Shown: piece after piece, positions 41,861 to 51,317 of the stretch | Numbering within the stretch: the stretch's first letter is position 1 | Layout of the letters: every line of letters begins with the position of its first letter | From: an uncultured bacterium | GTDB lineage: Bacteria > Zixibacteria > MSB-5A5 > CAIYYT01 | Assembly: GCA_963726455.1 (NCBI GenBank) | Contig: CAVSCK010000004.1 | Coordinates: forward strand, 512,001-576,000 | Direction: 5' to 3' | Length of the DNA: 64,000 nt | Notes under the pieces: model-generated | Database searches by the model: none | The model's input: only the letters and a program-made list of their open reading frames with translations | What the model was told of the DNA's origin: nothing | Program-made: the position numbers and the translations under genes

Positions 41861-42053
41861 CAAGGTTCTCCGATGCTGAGATTCGTTTCCACTAAGATAA
41901 CCGCCGATAGTTGATAATACAAGCGATTTGCCGGTCACCGCCTGAGGCCTACGGCGCGTGAGTGGCGGCGCTAGGCAGAAAGGGCTGCCAGACGATTGTC
42001 AAGACCGAAGCGGTTTTTGCCTACAGAACTTCTGGACGTGGCTGCGCGGCGAA

Positions 42054-42406
42054 GTCATTCCCACGAAAGTGGGAATCCAGGCTTATTTGTAGGATGGTGA
42101 CAAATCTTTCCAAGTCGGATTGAAGTCCTCGATGAGTTCCAGTTTCCACTGGCGATTCCATTTCTTCAGTTGTTTCTCCCGCACAATTGCCTGATAGGCA
42201 TCTTCGCAAGTCTCATAGTAAACGAGCAAGTGTGCCTGATACCTCTTCGTGAAGCCGTCGATGAGATCGTTCTTGTGTTCATAGACGCGGCGATTCAGGT
42301 CGCTGGTGACGCCGATATAGAGTGTGCCGTTACGTCTGCTGGCCATGATGTATACGAAGTATTGTTTCATTAGTCAGCCTGGATTCCCACTTTCGTGGGA
42401 ATGACA
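42054..42406 (-). mobile_element. GIY-YIG mini-cassette copy 2
   Basis: Same terminal repeats (42054-42083, 42376-42406) with identical spacing to the ORF. Confidence 0.75.
42083..42370 (-). CDS. Small stand-alone GIY-YIG nuclease, near-identical to 39751-40038
   Basis: Seven nucleotide and three amino-acid differences from copy 1 by manual comparison. Confidence 0.93.
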   Translation of the reverse strand: MKQYFVYIMASRRNGTLYIGVTSDLNRRVYEHKNDLIDGFTKRYQAHLLVYYETCEDAYQAIVREKQLKKWNRQWKLELIEDFNPTWKDLSPSYK

Positions 42407-42611
42407 ACCCCGCCGAACACTGGATTCCCGCCTGCGCGGGAATGACACGAAGCGCGAGCACTGGATTCCCACTTTCGTGGGAATGACAACCCCGCCGAAC
42501 ACTGGATTCCCGCCTGCGCGGGAATGACACGAAGCGCGAGCACTGGATTCCCACTTTCGTGGGAATGACAACCCCGCCGAAAACTGGGTTCCCACTTTCA
42601 TGGGAATGACG
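42380..42611. repeat. Tandem array of six 27-bp palindromes with alternating 14-bp linkers
   Basis: Units at 42380, 42421, 42462, 42503, 42544 and 42585; 41-bp period with an 82-bp higher-order repeat. Confidence 0.92.
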
Positions 42612-42617
42612 CGAGGC

Positions 42618-43748
42618 TCACCCTCCCAGCGCTTTCCTGGTGAACTTGCCGCGCAACTCGGGGATGACGAATTCGCCGTCCTTGCGGATGAGACGATTGT
42701 CGAACCAGATTTCGCCGCCGCCGTAATCCTTGCGCTGGATCAATACCAAGTCCCAGTGGATCGCCGACTTGTTGCCGTTGGGGGCTTCGTCGTAGCACTG
42801 GCCGGGTGTCAGGTGAATCGAGCCGTCGATCTTTTCGTCGAACAGCGTGTCCTTCATCGGTTCCTTGACCATCGGGTTGACGCCGATCGCAAATTCGCCG
42901 ATATAGCGCGCGCCGGCATCGGTGTCGAGAAGTTGGTTCATCTTCTTGTTGTCAACGGAATTGGTGGCCTTGACGATCTTGCCGTTCTTGAATTCGAAGC
43001 GGATGTTCTCGAAAACGGTGCCTTCTTCGAGCGAGGGCGTGTTGTAATGAATGACGCCGTTGATCGAATCGCGCACGGGCGCAGTGTAGACCTCGCCGTC
43101 GGGAATGTTGCGGTGGCCGTCACACTTGACGGGCGGGATGCCTTTGATCGAGAAAGTCAGGTCGGTGTCGCCGGGACCCTTGATATGGACTTTGTTGGTG
43201 CGCTTCATCAGTTTGATCAGCGGGTCCATCGCGCGGGACATTTTGGCATAGTCGATGTTGCAGACGTCGTAGTAATATTTCTCGAACACTTCCTGCGGCT
43301 GCTGAGCGAGTTGCGCCATAGCGTCATTGGGATAGCGGAGCACGACCCAGCGGGAACGCTTGACGCGCTGATAGAGATGCACCGGTTTGTAATAGAGGGA
43401 GTTCCAAAGCTTCATCTTGGCGCCGGAGACATCGTTCAGGTCGAACGGATTGCTGGAGCCACGGATGCCGATGTAGCATTGCGCCTGCTTCATTATAGAT
43501 AGATGGAATTTGGCGAACTGCCGGATTTGCGTTTCGTTGTTGCCGAGCAGAAACTGACGGATGATGGATTCGTCATTATAGTACCAGAAGGGGACGCCGC
43601 CGGCTTTGGTGACTCTGCGAATGACGCTTTTGCCCAACTCCATGGTGGGGACGCCTTTCATTTCGACATAAACAAGCTCGCCTTTCTTGACCTGGCAGGA
43701 ATAGTTGACGAGGATATCGGCGAGTTTGTCATTGCGGGGATCGATCAC
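42618..43748 (-). CDS. Aminopeptidase, M29 (AmpS/AmpT) family
   Basis: DPR-xKLA-ILVNYS, NIPDGEVYTAP, IGEFAIG, LFDEKI, H-TPG-CY and SAIHWD motifs. Confidence 0.93.
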   Translation of the reverse strand: MIDPRNDKLADILVNYSCQVKKGELVYVEMKGVPTMELGKSVIRRVTKAGGVPFWYYNDESIIRQFLLGNNETQIRQFAKFHLSIMKQAQCYIGIRGSSNPFDLNDVSGAKMKLWNSLYYKPVHLYQRVKRSRWVVLRYPNDAMAQLAQQPQEVFEKYYYDVCNIDYAKMSRAMDPLIKLMKRTNKVHIKGPGDTDLTFSIKGIPPVKCDGHRNIPDGEVYTAPVRDSINGVIHYNTPSLEEGTVFENIRFEFKNGKIVKATNSVDNKKMNQLLDTDAGARYIGEFAIGVNPMVKEPMKDTLFDEKIDGSIHLTPGQCYDEAPNGNKSAIHWDLVLIQRKDYGGGEIWFDNRLIRKDGEFVIPELRGKFTRKALGG

Positions 43749-43844
43749 GGATTACCTCCTGAAGTAGTTGTGAATCTCTTTGGCAGTAAATAATTGCGGC
43801 GAGAGGCAAAAATCAATTATAATCGCTGGAGAAAGGTTGGAGGG

Positions 43845-44136
43845 GCGTCAGGTCACACCAATCGCGGGGCGATTGGCAGGACCTGACGCAACGAAGAATG
43901 AAGCAGTCAGGTCAATTGCGCAAGACACACCCCTTGATCCCCTCTCAAGAGGGGAAAGAACGATTGTACACCAATCGCGGGGTGATTGGCAGGACCTGAC
44001 GCAACAGGGACAATACATGATGGTTGCGGGCGTGGTGAGAAGAAGACGGCGCAAGACACACCCCTTGATCCCCTCTCAAGAGGGGAAAGAACGATTGTAG
44101 ACCAATCGCGGGGCGATTGGCAGGACCTGACGCAAC
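43845..44136. repeat. Composite palindrome cluster with a ~131-bp duplication
   Basis: CCAATCGCGGGG-GATTGGCAGGACCTGACGCAAC three times and CACACCCCTTGATCCCCTCTCAAGAGGGGAA twice. Confidence 0.85.
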
Positions 44137-44150
44137 GCTGAGCGAGGAGA

Positions 44151-45833
44151 ATGGTGCGAAGAAGACGCCCACAAGGGGCTAGACTACAAGCGTTGATTGC
44201 GGCAACGATATTGATGTTGCTCGTGGGATGTGCGAAGGAATTGCCGCCACCGGGCGGGCCGCCGGATGTGACGCCGCCGTCCATATTGACGACGGTGCCT
44301 GCGGAGGGCGACACGATGGTACCGCTGGATGCGAAGATCAGGGTCAAGTTTTCGGAGCGGGTGGCGCAGAAGTCGGTGCTGAATGCGTTTTCGATTTCGC
44401 CGCCGTTGAAGACCGAACCGCGCGTGAAAGTGCGCAGCGACGAATTGCAGATCAGTCCGGCAGCGAATCTGGAACCGGATCGGACGTACGTGGTGAGCAT
44501 CGGGTCATCGCTGACTGATTTGAACGGCAACAAGCTAGCGAGTTCGCTGGCGTTTGCGTTTTCGACAGGGCATCGGATAGATTCGGCATCGGTGATGGGG
44601 ATTGTCTATAATCAGCAGAGGCCGGAGCCGAATTTCCGGGTGTTCGCGTACGAGATGAAACCGTGGCTGTTCGATTCGCTGTTTGCGGTGATGCCGGAGT
44701 ATATCACCGAAACCGGCAGGGATGGGAAGTTCAATTTGCAGTACATGCGCGCCGGCGAGTACCTGGTGCTGGGTGTCGAGGACAAGGACCGTGACAACAA
44801 GATAAATGGACAGTCGGAGCGGCTGGCGTTTCCGATTCGACCGGCGGTGGCTTCGCAAGTTGTGGATAGCTTGAATCTGTATCCTTTATATATGACGCGT
44901 TTCGATTCGCTCAACTTCGCGCTGATCAATTGCCGGGGAACAGCCGGCGCCGTGACGATGCAATTTTCGGGCGGCAAGTTGGACGCGAGCAGAGTTAGCC
45001 GGGATTCGATCTCGATTCGCTCGTCGACGGGCGCGACCTTTGCGCCGTTGACGGTGATGAATTTCGTGCCGGAGACCGACAAACTGCACCTGTGGAGCGA
45101 CAGTCTGCTGCCGGATTCGTCGTATCATATCACGATAATAGGAATGGTCAGTCTGGAGGGTCGGCATCTGGCGGGTGATACCGCATCATGCGACGTCAGA
45201 CTGCGCGAACTCGACAAGGAGAAACCGTCGATCATTTCGCGCACACCGCCCGACACCCGGTCGATCATCCTGCCGGCGGAGACATTGGCGGTTGTCTTCT
45301 CCGAGCCGATGACGATTCAACCGAACGCGGCAAGTATCATTGTCGACACCGCGTTGACGCTCTCGCTGCGGAGTGTGTTGCACGAGGGAACGGAATATCA
45401 GTTCATACCGGCGGATACGCTGCCGCAAAATCGCAAATTGAAATTCGTGCTTCATAACAGAATGGTGGCTGATCTTTACGGGAATTCGCCGGCGGACTCA
45501 TTATATATGTTTGAGTTCACGGTTGGCAGTCCGGACTCGCTGGGGACGTTGACCGGCACGATCGAAAGTGATGATACCGTCACGATCATTCTGAACGGAA
45601 TTGTGCGGAAATTACAGTATACATTCCTGCACCAGGGAACAGCTCCATATCGGTGGGAACTGTATCCCGATAGCTACACACTGTACAGCTATGCCGACAA
45701 GAATCACAACCACAGGTGGGATTTGGGATCGTTGATTCCGTTCACGTACGCCGAGCCGGCCTGGATTGAGGCCGACACGATCAAGATCAGAGCGCGTTTC
45801 GAACGCGAGGGCTTTGACTTGAAGATAAAGTAG
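44151..45833 (+). CDS. Lipoprotein with Big_5 (Ig-like) domains
   Basis: Lipobox LVGC, then A-x-x-x-PP-GGP-D-TPP, FSE, DLNGN and FAFSTG. Confidence 0.85.
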   Translation: MVRRRRPQGARLQALIAATILMLLVGCAKELPPPGGPPDVTPPSILTTVPAEGDTMVPLDAKIRVKFSERVAQKSVLNAFSISPPLKTEPRVKVRSDELQISPAANLEPDRTYVVSIGSSLTDLNGNKLASSLAFAFSTGHRIDSASVMGIVYNQQRPEPNFRVFAYEMKPWLFDSLFAVMPEYITETGRDGKFNLQYMRAGEYLVLGVEDKDRDNKINGQSERLAFPIRPAVASQVVDSLNLYPLYMTRFDSLNFALINCRGTAGAVTMQFSGGKLDASRVSRDSISIRSSTGATFAPLTVMNFVPETDKLHLWSDSLLPDSSYHITIIGMVSLEGRHLAGDTASCDVRLRELDKEKPSIISRTPPDTRSIILPAETLAVVFSEPMTIQPNAASIIVDTALTLSLRSVLHEGTEYQFIPADTLPQNRKLKFVLHNRMVADLYGNSPADSLYMFEFTVGSPDSLGTLTGTIESDDTVTIILNGIVRKLQYTFLHQGTAPYRWELYPDSYTLYSYADKNHNHRWDLGSLIPFTYAEPAWIEADTIKIRARFEREGFDLKIK

Positions 45834-45846
45834 CAGGAGTTGAGAT

Positions 45847-46914
45847 ATGTTTGAAGGATTTGGTTTGCCTGCCTGGCTGGTGGAAATATTTAACGGCGCG
45901 GCGATGATCGTTGCGGCGGTGTTCATCGCCGGCTTGCTGGTGGTAATACTCAATTTCGTCAAGAAACATCTGATCAAAGCAACGACGCGCGAGCTCAACA
46001 GCCAGGTACTGGATGCGATCAAGCGGCCGGCTTTGTGGCTTTTGGTATTCGGCGCGCTGGCGATTATCGCGCACCGGCTGGAGGCGCGTTTCCCGGAAGA
46101 GAACAAGCTGCTGTTCAGAATACTGGGCAGTGTGATTTTTGTCGGGACGGCGACGGTCGTCACCTTCCTGCTGCTGCGGCTGGTGCGGATATTCACAACC
46201 TGGTATGCGCGCTCAGTCGCCGCGCGCACGGAAAGCAAGATCGACGATCATCTACTGCCAATCGCGCATCGGGTGATGAAGATCGTGATTTTCGTGATAG
46301 CCGCGGTGACGATTCTCGATCATTTCAAGGTCGATGTCAAAGGATTGCTGGCGGTACTCGGTGTCGGGTCATTGGCGATTGCTCTGGCGGCTCAGGACAC
46401 GATAGCGAACATGATCTCGGGCTTCATTATAATGTTGGACCGACCGTTCCGCGAGGGTGACCGGGTGGTATTGCCGTCGGGGGAGACGGTGGACGTGTAC
46501 GACATCGGCATTCGTTCCAGCAAGTTTCTGACCTTCGACAATACGCTGATCGTGGTTCCGAATAACGATCTGGTGAAGTCAAAGATTACGAACATGTCGT
46601 ATCCAGACGAACCGGTGCAGGTCAAAATCGACCTGGGGGTGGCGTACGGCAGTGACATCGAGAAGGTAAAGGCGGTACTTGTCAAAGCCGCGAGTGAACA
46701 TCGGGCGGTGTCAGCAGAGCCAAAACCGGTGGCATCGTTCGTGAGTTTCGGCGATTCGGCCCTGAAATTCCAGTTGGCGTGTCGGGTGGCGAAGCTCTCG
46801 GATCAGGCCGCAGCGGGCGAGGACCTTCGGTGTCGGATTTATCGGGATCTGGCGGAGGCAGGGATCGAAATACCATTCCCGCGCCGGGTTGTATATTTGC
46901 GTAAGGATGAATAG
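45847..46914 (+). CDS. MscS family mechanosensitive channel
   Basis: LAIALAAQDTIAN, DRPFREGD, VPNN, GVAYGSD, FGDSAL and GIEIPFP motifs. Confidence 0.95.
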   Translation: MFEGFGLPAWLVEIFNGAAMIVAAVFIAGLLVVILNFVKKHLIKATTRELNSQVLDAIKRPALWLLVFGALAIIAHRLEARFPEENKLLFRILGSVIFVGTATVVTFLLLRLVRIFTTWYARSVAARTESKIDDHLLPIAHRVMKIVIFVIAAVTILDHFKVDVKGLLAVLGVGSLAIALAAQDTIANMISGFIIMLDRPFREGDRVVLPSGETVDVYDIGIRSSKFLTFDNTLIVVPNNDLVKSKITNMSYPDEPVQVKIDLGVAYGSDIEKVKAVLVKAASEHRAVSAEPKPVASFVSFGDSALKFQLACRVAKLSDQAAAGEDLRCRIYRDLAEAGIEIPFPRRVVYLRKDE

Positions 46915-47054
46915 CTCAGAGTCAGCTTCACGGGAGGGCCTAGGAAACTTTGAACATATTGAATCTGCGACATTGCATTGACAATGGCGTTTAACGCTAT
47001 ATATTTTCGTACGTCTTTGTGATATTGATTGTTATTGACACTCATTAACTTGCG

Positions 47055-50000
47055 GTGAAATTGAAAAGATTGATTCTGTCAGCAATGCTGGCAATGTCCC
47101 TGTCCTCGGCCACATGGGCGCAGGACAAAAGCTGGCCTGACCTGCAATCTCTGGAGCAGTTGTCTCCGGCGACTGGAACGGTGAGCCAGTTGACGGTGAT
47201 TGCGCAACCCGATACAGCGGGCGCAACGTCGGTCTATTCGGTCAACTTCGTAGTGAACGGCGACACGCTGCAGCCCGCTGCGAATGTGTTGGTCTTCTTT
47301 CCGGCCGGGTTTGGACTGAATCAGATTGACTCGGCCACGTTCATCGACGATGACCTGAACACAGAAAACTATTCAATAGATAGCGTCGTGGTTTCCGGCC
47401 AGCAGGTGAGAGCCAAGCTGTCGGCTTACGGTATTGCGCCGGCGATGGGAAGCAGAATCACGATCAAGTTTTACGGCATCACTAACAATACGCTGGCAGG
47501 AAACTATCAGGTCTCGCTTGCCATTCTGGACAAAGAGGGGGATTTGATTGCGGCGCCGACCTGGTCGTCGACCTTCACGATTCGCGCCGCTGACTTGTAT
47601 TTATTTGACTTGTTTCCACACGGTATTCAACAGGTGCACGCCGGCACGACACTACTTTATTATGTCGTGACCCAGGACAAATTCGGGAACGCGGTGACCG
47701 CGCAGCCGATTGTCTGGAGTGTGTTAGGAGTGCCGACGCAGACCGGAACCATCGTCGACGGGAGTTTCCAGGCGAAGTTTACCGGAGCGTCGAAGATCAT
47801 TGCGACATACCAAACTTTCGCGGACACCAGCAGTCTGGTTTACGTTCTGCCGGGAGTGTTTGCGCATTTCGAATTCAGCGGCGGTCCGGATTCAATCATA
47901 GCCGGACAGCACTGGGCCAACGGAACTCAGGACGTTACTGCAATTGCCCGCGATCTGTTTGAAAATGTGAATTACGACTATGCCGGGCAGGTCTATTTCG
48001 AATCGACTGACCCGCAGGCACTGCTGCCGTATACCGTGGCGTCGAAGTATCAATTCATTCCGGCGGATCAGGGACGGCATGTGTTTCCGGGTTCGGGATT
48101 TGCGCTCTATACCGCCGGACGGCAGGATCTCCGATTGGTCAAAGCTGACACGGTGATGGGAACGATCCGCGCGATCACAGTGTTGCCGGCGGCTCCGGCG
48201 ACTTACAATTTCTCGGCGCCGGACACAGTAGTGGCAGGGCATTCATTTACGGTGTCAGTCAGCGGAGCGGCAGACACCTGGGGTAACGCCGTATCGGGCC
48301 AGGCGGACATTAATCTGGCTACGGGCAACGGCGCCGCGCCATCGGGAGCATTGCCGTCATTGCCATCGTTCTTTGTGGGAAACGGCTCTGGTTCGGGCTC
48401 GGTCATGCTGGTCAAGGCAGGGAGCGCGTCGATTCAGTTACATCTCGGCGGAGTGACATCGACGAAAGCGGTGTATGCACGACCGGATACGTTGGCGCGA
48501 TTCGATTTTGCGCTTGATGGAACACAGACGACCGGTCGTCCGTTCATCGGAACGGCTCAACTGACCGCCTACGATCAATTTGACAACAAAGTCGACTGGT
48601 TCAACGCCGCACAGGATACCGTAACTATTCATTGCAGCGGTTCGGGGTCTGTTATCAACGGGCGCATCGTCACGGCGGCAGCGTTCGTCAAGGGCGTTTG
48701 CGATCTCAAGACTATCGGTACCGGCTATTCGGGCACCGACTTCTTTGCGATATTCTATGCAACGTCGCAGTCGGGCAAGCAGAGCAATTCGCAGGGCGTG
48801 GAATTCTCATTTCTCAAGATTACCGGCGGCAATCTCACGGAACCCACGAGGTATGTGGGAGACACCTTCAATTTTCGGCTGACGATCTCTGATTTTGGCA
48901 GCCAGCCGGGTATGATCGATTCGCTGCGGTTGTATGTGGGTGGAACGAGAACCACGTACTCGACATTGGACAGGAATCTTCCTGACACGATACCGGCATT
49001 ATCAAATCATGTGTTCACTTTCACCGGAGTAGTGCCCAATCGTCCCAATGAAGCTCTGGCAATTGCTGCGAAGTTTTTCGGGCATGCCGCCGGAGCGAGC
49101 GTAACGGATTCAGTTGGAAATCTGGCAACGTTAACAGTGTTGCCACTGACCGGGATCGGAGTGACGTCGTCGACGTTGGCGCCGCTGCAAGTGACACGTG
49201 ACCGGGAATATGCATTCAGCGTTAGCGTGTTCAATAATAGCGGGGATGACCTGCATCTGACGACAGTAACGAAACTGATTTTGCCGGAAGCTGCCACGTA
49301 TCTGTTGGCCAGCCCAATCGTCGTCGCCGCAAACGGTGGCACGGCGCAGGTGGATTTCGTGAAAGCAGTGGTACCTGACAGTTCGCCGAGTTTAATCTCG
49401 GAAATCAGCGTGGAACTGGTCGGAACTCTCGGGAGTGTGACATACGATCAGGTATTCCCAATTGCGGCCATAGTCGTTACGCAATCCGCTCCGTCGCTTA
49501 CATACAACGGGGGGACACTGACGCCGACGACGCTATTCAGAGGCCGGAATGTCGCGATTGCCCTGGGTGTGATCAATAGCGGGCAGGCGACGCTGGCTGT
49601 CAATGTCGCGACGGCGGAACTGTCGCTGTTGGCGGGAAGCCGCGTGGTATCGACGCTCGTGGATACGAATCAACTCAGTCTTGCAAGCGGCGGCACTAAT
49701 CTAAGATTCAGGCCGGTATTTGTTCCGGCAGATTTTCCGACCACGGTTGACTCGATCACGGTTGATATTGCCGGAACTGCCAACGGCTACGATGAGGTCT
49801 TTCACATTAAGATACAGGGGAACACGGTCACGATACCGGGTGGCGCCGCAGTGCAACTCATGGGGACGGAAATTATCGCTCATAATGCGCCGTACGTCGA
49901 TGTCGACCAAGCGTTCCTGTTCCATGCCACTGTTCGCAATCAGGGTGACGAACCGCTGCAACATGTGTCGATCAACCTGACCAGCGACGGATCCTCGGGA

Positions 50001-51317
50001 TTCGCGGGAACGATCAACATTGAACTACTGCCAGTCGAGGCCGAGTCGACCGTCACATTTGCAGTGACGGCTTCACAGACGCCGCAATCCTCGGAGTTGT
50101 TCAGCGCGCAGATCGTTTCGGCTACCGGCTCCAACTCGGGATTGGCGGGGCAAGTGCTGCCGGGTCTCAATGCAACGCAGGCAGTGGTGATTCAGTCGCC
50201 GGCGCTGTTGCGTCTGGTGTCAACCATTGCCTCGCCACCTGATGCGCAGATTGGCACAGTCGGTCCATCGACGGCGTTCGCCTTTGGCGCAGTGGTGTTG
50301 AACAACGGTCAGGCAGGTGCAGGCAGCGGTGAGGTGACGCTGCGGCAGTTGAAAGGTTCGTTCACATTGCCGGCGCAGTTGACTCAAACATTCGCGATTG
50401 ACCAAAACGTCACCTGGAATCTTACATCACCGGCGACGCCGGATACGGGAATATTCGAGATTGCGATAACCAGCATTCCGCAGGATAACAACACCGGCGC
50501 TGGGGCATTGGTAGCCCGGAGTGCAGACACAATAACGGTTGCCGTTGCGGAGCAGCAGGTGGTCATCGGTGTTGATTATTCGCCGGCAGCGTCAACATTG
50601 TATCTGACCGGCGCGACGGTCAACATTCTGAGCTTCGCATTTGATGTGGTCGGGGCGTCACGAAATCCATATTTGAAATACATCGAATTTGCATTGCGTG
50701 ACCGCAACGACCAGGAAATCAGTCCTGCGTCCGTGTTGTCGAGCGCATACCTTGACTACAACGGGCAGTACAACCTCACGGCGCAACCGGTCGGAAATCA
50801 TTTGCGGTTCACTATGCAGCCAACGTTCGGACTGCCGGAAACTGCAATCCTGCAGATTATTGTCCGGGTGGATCCGTCGGTGTTCGATGCTGCGATCTAT
50901 CTCGATTCAAATTCGTTTGCTGCGGAATATGCCACGGCCGGAACCCCGCTACCGGTACCGGTCATACCGAGGTTTGCGTCGAAGTTGGTGATCCACCAGC
51001 CGTTTACGCTGGTGCAATCATCGTTGGAGCAGTCGTTCTTCTCATATCCGAATCCGTTCTCGCCGTTGACGGGTAAAGCGACGTTCGTCTACAGTCCGTC
51101 GGCGGACAAGCCGGCGACACTGAAGATCTACACATTGACCGGCGAAGAGGTCTGGAGTCAGTCTATCCCAGCTCCCGTATCTCTGAATGATCCGGTGACT
51201 GTCGAATGGGATGGCCGGAACAAAGACAATATCGTTGTGCTGAACGGCGTCTATATCGCGGTGTTAACTGTCGAAAGTGCGGTTGAACTTCGAACGAAAG
51301 TTGCAGTGGTGAAGTGA
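47055..51317 (+). CDS. Large secreted Ig-rich protein with FlgD-Ig/T9SS-like C-terminal domain
   Basis: Signal peptide; repeated D-x-x-GN Ig modules; C-terminal YPNPF...KIYTLTG...WDGRN...NGVY...KVAVVK. Confidence 0.85.
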   Translation: MKLKRLILSAMLAMSLSSATWAQDKSWPDLQSLEQLSPATGTVSQLTVIAQPDTAGATSVYSVNFVVNGDTLQPAANVLVFFPAGFGLNQIDSATFIDDDLNTENYSIDSVVVSGQQVRAKLSAYGIAPAMGSRITIKFYGITNNTLAGNYQVSLAILDKEGDLIAAPTWSSTFTIRAADLYLFDLFPHGIQQVHAGTTLLYYVVTQDKFGNAVTAQPIVWSVLGVPTQTGTIVDGSFQAKFTGASKIIATYQTFADTSSLVYVLPGVFAHFEFSGGPDSIIAGQHWANGTQDVTAIARDLFENVNYDYAGQVYFESTDPQALLPYTVASKYQFIPADQGRHVFPGSGFALYTAGRQDLRLVKADTVMGTIRAITVLPAAPATYNFSAPDTVVAGHSFTVSVSGAADTWGNAVSGQADINLATGNGAAPSGALPSLPSFFVGNGSGSGSVMLVKAGSASIQLHLGGVTSTKAVYARPDTLARFDFALDGTQTTGRPFIGTAQLTAYDQFDNKVDWFNAAQDTVTIHCSGSGSVINGRIVTAAAFVKGVCDLKTIGTGYSGTDFFAIFYATSQSGKQSNSQGVEFSFLKITGGNLTEPTRYVGDTFNFRLTISDFGSQPGMIDSLRLYVGGTRTTYSTLDRNLPDTIPALSNHVFTFTGVVPNRPNEALAIAAKFFGHAAGASVTDSVGNLATLTVLPLTGIGVTSSTLAPLQVTRDREYAFSVSVFNNSGDDLHLTTVTKLILPEAATYLLASPIVVAANGGTAQVDFVKAVVPDSSPSLISEISVELVGTLGSVTYDQVFPIAAIVVTQSAPSLTYNGGTLTPTTLFRGRNVAIALGVINSGQATLAVNVATAELSLLAGSRVVSTLVDTNQLSLASGGTNLRFRPVFVPADFPTTVDSITVDIAGTANGYDEVFHIKIQGNTVTIPGGAAVQLMGTEIIAHNAPYVDVDQAFLFHATVRNQGDEPLQHVSINLTSDGSSGFAGTINIELLPVEAESTVTFAVTASQTPQSSELFSAQIVSATGSNSGLAGQVLPGLNATQAVVIQSPALLRLVSTIASPPDAQIGTVGPSTAFAFGAVVLNNGQAGAGSGEVTLRQLKGSFTLPAQLTQTFAIDQNVTWNLTSPATPDTGIFEIAITSIPQDNNTGAGALVARSADTITVAVAEQQVVIGVDYSPAASTLYLTGATVNILSFAFDVVGASRNPYLKYIEFALRDRNDQEISPASVLSSAYLDYNGQYNLTAQPVGNHLRFTMQPTFGLPETAILQIIVRVDPSVFDAAIYLDSNSFAAEYATAGTPLPVPVIPRFASKLVIHQPFTLVQSSLEQSFFSYPNPFSPLTGKATFVYSPSADKPATLKIYTLTGEEVWSQSIPAPVSLNDPVTVEWDGRNKDNIVVLNGVYIAVLTVESAVELRTKVAVVK

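Noticed and set aside
42380-42611. CRISPR array
   Set aside because: Linkers are only 14 bp and repeat alternately, the repeats alternate in sequence, no cas genes are present, and the unit equals the cassette's terminal repeat.
42600-43502. Long antisense ORFs (also 28950-29705 and 31295-32350)
   Set aside because: They shadow well-supported genes in GC-rich sequence and have no recognisable motifs.
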